DNA of 23,672 nucleotides from Catajapyx aquilonaris. Its lineage: Eukaryota. The DNA lies in the NCBI GenBank assembly GCA_000934665.2, contig KZ538294.1, forward strand, positions 62,001 through 85,672. Reading direction: 5' to 3'. Positions 22,420 to 23,672 of the stretch are shown here, one piece after another (the first letter of the stretch is position 1; each line of letters starts with the position of its first letter). The notes under the pieces were generated by a model. The model ran no database searches. It was not told the DNA's origin and saw only the letters and a list, made by a program, of their open reading frames with translations. A program made the translations under genes and the position numbers.

Positions 22420-23510
22420 ATATATCTCATTGATGACTATGATGAGGTCGTCTTCCAGTGCTTTCAAACACCTTTTTCTCTCCATTTATGTGATGGAAAG
22501 ACTCGCTTTTATGGCAGCTTGCATCTGTAATAAGTGGGAGACTTGGTGAAACAGTCAGTGGTGCACAACGAAGACCCTCATTGCCCACTGTTTTTGTCAT
22601 GTGGCCATCGAGTGAGGTAATTCGGTAATGGCTTGAATATGGATTTCGTCAAGAAGTGACCGGTGGTTAATCGAGTTAATCACTTTCTATGCGCCTTTTT
22701 CACTTCTAGCAACATGTGAAAGAAATTGCGTGCAAATATTATGACTGTCCTATCCATTTTTAGTCTTCCATAATCAGTATGCACATGTCATGTGCTTCTC
22801 AGATCTGACACAAAGGCTGGCATTCTACGAAGTTTTTGATGAGAAAAGTGTTTGATGGAAACTTCCTTACAGTTGAACCACGATGTTTTTAAATATAATT
22901 GTGTAACATTGTAGAGTATAATTCTGCTCTTTGCAGGTTTAACTAATGGGATTTCAAACCCCACAAAGCGTACACCTGTCATGTCACCTTACCACGGTTA
23001 GACGCTTTCAAATGCACAAAGCAGCATTATAATTATGGGATACCCTATATTATTTTGCTTACTCATCTGATGACATGCAATCAGTATCAGTAATGAAATA
23101 TTACATTGTTCAAATAAATACGTGTTAAAGTTAATAACACGCTATATAATTCCTTTTGTCAGGCATGTGGCAGTTATGAGTGCAATTATCTATCCTCTGT
23201 GAATGAAGGACACGTTAATTCCTCTTTTTTGTCAAATTGCGCCAACATTTTGGTCCTTGTTAAGTATAGGACTACCGTACTCTATAGTTTTATATTCAAC
23301 GTTTTCCCTCATGAAATCTTATCCCAATCACAGACAGTAAAATTATTATTATATAGGCCTATCCAATCCTGACATATTTTCTTCTCCCTTCAAAATAGAA
23401 AACATTAACTTGCTTTCAGGTGTGTCCCCAAGCTTGCGAGAAAGGGCCTTAGCGAAAGCGTGAGCGACAACCATCACACAGAAAAATGGCCGCGTCAGGT
23501 GACACGCTAT
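22420..23510 (-). mobile_element. Degenerate Gypsy/Ty3 LTR retrotransposon pol (protease, RT and RNase H remnants); may extend past the window end
   Basis: LITDAS 22534-22517 is in frame with INGEKKVF 22489-22466 (cf. LxTDAS...DGxEKVIAY). Frameshifted YL..IVV 22895-22876 (cf. YLDDIVV). SIFKPL (cf. SxIAxPL). Weak D(S)G(A)-like protease remnant near 23496 followed by AFAKAL. Confidence 0.6.
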
Positions 23511-23672
23511 GGTAGTCAGTTGACAATATCCAGTTTGACTCGCCAAGCAGAGTCAGTTCACTCTCCAAACAAGTCGCCTGACACCTCAGGGGAGTCAAAG
23601 GACCACCCGCACCCTTCCCCGAACTGCTCTGACTATCCTGGCGGGTCCACTGATGACCCTGGGGAGTCCCTC

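Overview
AT-rich, gene-poor eukaryotic DNA, most likely from an invertebrate animal (inferred from the transposon types and the frequent TAGGCCTA motif). I find no intact protein-coding gene, RNA gene or CRISPR array. The ORF track is mostly chance ORFs, antisense shadows or pieces of dead transposon genes. Hand translation across stops and frameshifts shows a dense graveyard of old, internally deleted transposon coding relics: a DIRS-type RT/RNase H, three DIRS/Ngaro-type fragments (gag-like ORF1, RNase H, tyrosine recombinase), a Crypton-like recombinase, an L2/CR1-type LINE, a Gypsy pol and a MULE transposase. Better preserved are three TA-flanked MITEs, a 598-bp element with an 8-bp TSD and nested inverted modules, a 15-bp tandem array and a perfect 64-bp palindrome. 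The main window-scale signal is that 7 of the 8 best-supported coding relics lie on the minus strand. That fits a uni-strand piRNA-cluster-like locus or a long plus-strand intron, and remains a hypothesis. All family calls are by-eye motif matches, not database searches.
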